Shown here: positions 62,752-64,000 of the stretch, in pieces
Layout: each line of letters opens with the position of its first letter
Numbering within the stretch: the first letter of the stretch is position 1
IMG/VR virus record: IMGVR_UViG_2832142748_000002
Coordinates: 10,418 to 74,417 of that record
Source: a virus
Taxonomy: Duplodnaviria; Caudoviricetes
DNA: 64,000 nucleotides
Strand: one strand, 5' to 3'
Notes under the pieces: model-generated
The model's input: the letters and a program-made list of their open reading frames with translations, nothing else
What the model was told of the DNA's origin: nothing
The model's database searches: none
Made by a program: the position numbers and the translations under genes

Positions 62752-64000
62752 TCAGAAGGGCTGGGGGAACTCCTCGGGCTGGGAGGCTGGTGCGGGCGCG
62801 GTGGAGGCGCGGCGCCCGGGCGGGCCCGCGCCGGTGCGCGTCTCTGGTTGGGCGTTAGCGTCCCAGCGCCGGACGAGCATCCCGAGGTGGTCCACGCGCT
62901 GGCCGAAGGTGGCCGTCAGCCCGTTGCGCCAGCGCCGCAGCACCTCCGGGACGCCGCCGGCGCCGGCCCAGGCCAGCAGCTGGCGCGACGCGGGCTCGTC
63001 CCGGGACGACACCCAGGTGTAGGCGACACGCTTCGCCTCGCGGAAGACGCGGTCCACGCCGTCCTGGAGGGCTTCCGCGGGCGCGCTGCCGTCCTGGCCC
63101 AACTCGAAGGGGAGCGCGTCCGGCACCAGTGCAACCGGCGGCAAGGCCACCGGGACGACAGGTCCTGCCGGCGCGGGTGTGGGGGCTTCGGGCGCCACGA
63201 GGCGGACTCCCTCGTTCCCCAGGGCGCGCAGCACCTGGCGCACCAGTTCGAGGACGCCGTCCTCCGCCAACCACGTGGGTGCGTACGCGTCGGCGCACGC
63301 CAGCACCAGGTGCCCGTCCTCCAGCGCCACCGGGGTGACGCGCAGGCGCAGCTGGCCCACGACGTGGGCACGGCCATCCGCGTCCATCATGTCCAGCACC
63401 TGCCGCCACGCGCGGGCGTGCGGCGTCTCCGGGAGCGTCCCCGGGCTCGGAGGCGCGTCCGCGGGTGCGGACGGCAGTGGGTCCACGCTCCACGTCCGGG
63501 ATAGGAGCTGCTCCGCCACCTCGTAGCCCCCGTGCGTCGTCCCCTTCAACACGTAGACGAGGGACGCGCGCTGCCGGCTGCTCAGCTCCCCGCGGCACAC
63601 CGGGGAGCGCGGGACGAGGCTGAACACCTCGCGCCACTCCTCCAGTGGGCGGCGCTGCAGGGCCTCCAGTGCGTCCGCGAGCAGCTGCCGGGAGGTGCGC
63701 TCCCCCCAGGGGGTGAAGCCGTGCGGCGCGGCGAACTCGTTCCAGGCCGCGCGCAGGGCTTGCACCTGGGCAGGAAGCGTCTCCGGCTTCCGGTGCTCGC
63801 GGAGGGGGGCCGAGTCACGTTGCCCGTCACGCTGGGCCTGCGTGACAGGCCCCTGCGCGCCCCCTGCTTCCTGGGCAGAGGGAGAGGGAGGAGGAGATGA
63901 AGACTTCTTCTCCTGTGTCACCCTGGCATTCAGCGTGACAGCGTGACTGTCACGCTGCCGGACTCGCTGGTTTCTCTTCCTCTCCCTCGCAAGTTCTCGA
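62752..64000 (-). CDS. Replication initiator, partial (open to the right edge), with DnaA N-terminal-like domain
   Basis: Frame stays open upstream of 63921 (RELARERKRNQR..RDSHAVT); AWRQVLDMM...WLAEDG DnaA-N-like segment. Confidence 0.75.
   Translation of the reverse strand, partial: RELARERKRNQRVRQRDSHAVTLNARVTQEKKSSSPPPSPSAQEAGGAQGPVTQAQRDGQRDSAPLREHRKPETLPAQVQALRAAWNEFAAPHGFTPWGERTSRQLLADALEALQRRPLEEWREVFSLVPRSPVCRGELSSRQRASLVYVLKGTTHGGYEVAEQLLSRTWSVDPLPSAPADAPPSPGTLPETPHARAWRQVLDMMDADGRAHVVGQLRLRVTPVALEDGHLVLACADAYAPTWLAEDGVLELVRQVLRALGNEGVRLVAPEAPTPAPAGPVVPVALPPVALVPDALPFELGQDGSAPAEALQDGVDRVFREAKRVAYTWVSSRDEPASRQLLAWAGAGGVPEVLRRWRNGLTATFGQRVDHLGMLVRRWDANAQPETRTGAGPPGRRASTAPAPASQPEEFPQPF
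63810..63956. repeat. Iteron-like GTCAC/GTGAC repeats inside the initiator gene (probable origin)
   Basis: About seven GTCAC(G)/(C)GTGAC copies in mixed orientation, e.g. CAGCGTGACAGCGTGACTGTCACGCTG. Confidence 0.55.

Larger units (their letters stand above)
1..64000. mobile_element. Lambdoid siphovirus prophage or phage genome (both ends outside the window; no integrase seen)
   Basis: Complete colinear set on the minus strand: terS, terL, portal, head morphogenesis, scaffold, capsid, tail tube, G/GT chaperones, tape measure, M-L-K-I-J tail tip, lysis genes. Replication and recombination genes also present. Confidence 0.97.

Overview
The whole 64 kb window is a lambdoid-type siphovirus (prophage or phage contig) of a high-GC myxobacterium. 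The host call rests on a VegA-like gene, a SitA-like toxin pair and Myxococcaceae-type TPR gene fragments. A divergent control region at ~1.2 kb, centred on a perfect 20-bp palindrome, separates a leftward ribbon-helix-helix regulator from a rightward early operon (ERF recombinase, VegA-like protein, two structured RNA candidates). A cargo block follows at 7.4-15.4 kb: a HEAT-repeat/TM/STAND-NTPase protein, a HExxH protein with a lipoprotein partner, and a lipoprotein HNH toxin with SUKH immunity. The minus strand, read right to left, carries replication (initiator, DnaC-like loader, RusA-like resolvase), packaging, head, tail, lysis and an orphan DNA methyltransferase, with an IS630 inserted at the MTase stop codon. 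Many AT-richer morons are interspersed (Ser/Thr kinase, GGDEF protein, OB-fold lipoprotein, HNH-zinc knuckle, Cas2/VapD-like protein). The most striking feature is a set of protein-processing modules in the late operon: a JAB/JAMM isopeptidase and a proteasome-beta/HslV-like peptidase translationally coupled between terL and portal, plus intact intein-like Hint domains at the C-termini of two tail-tip proteins, one of which is the ubiquitin-like gpI. No integrase, CRISPR array, rRNA or canonical tRNA is visible. All family assignments come from motifs read by eye and need HMM or structure confirmation.
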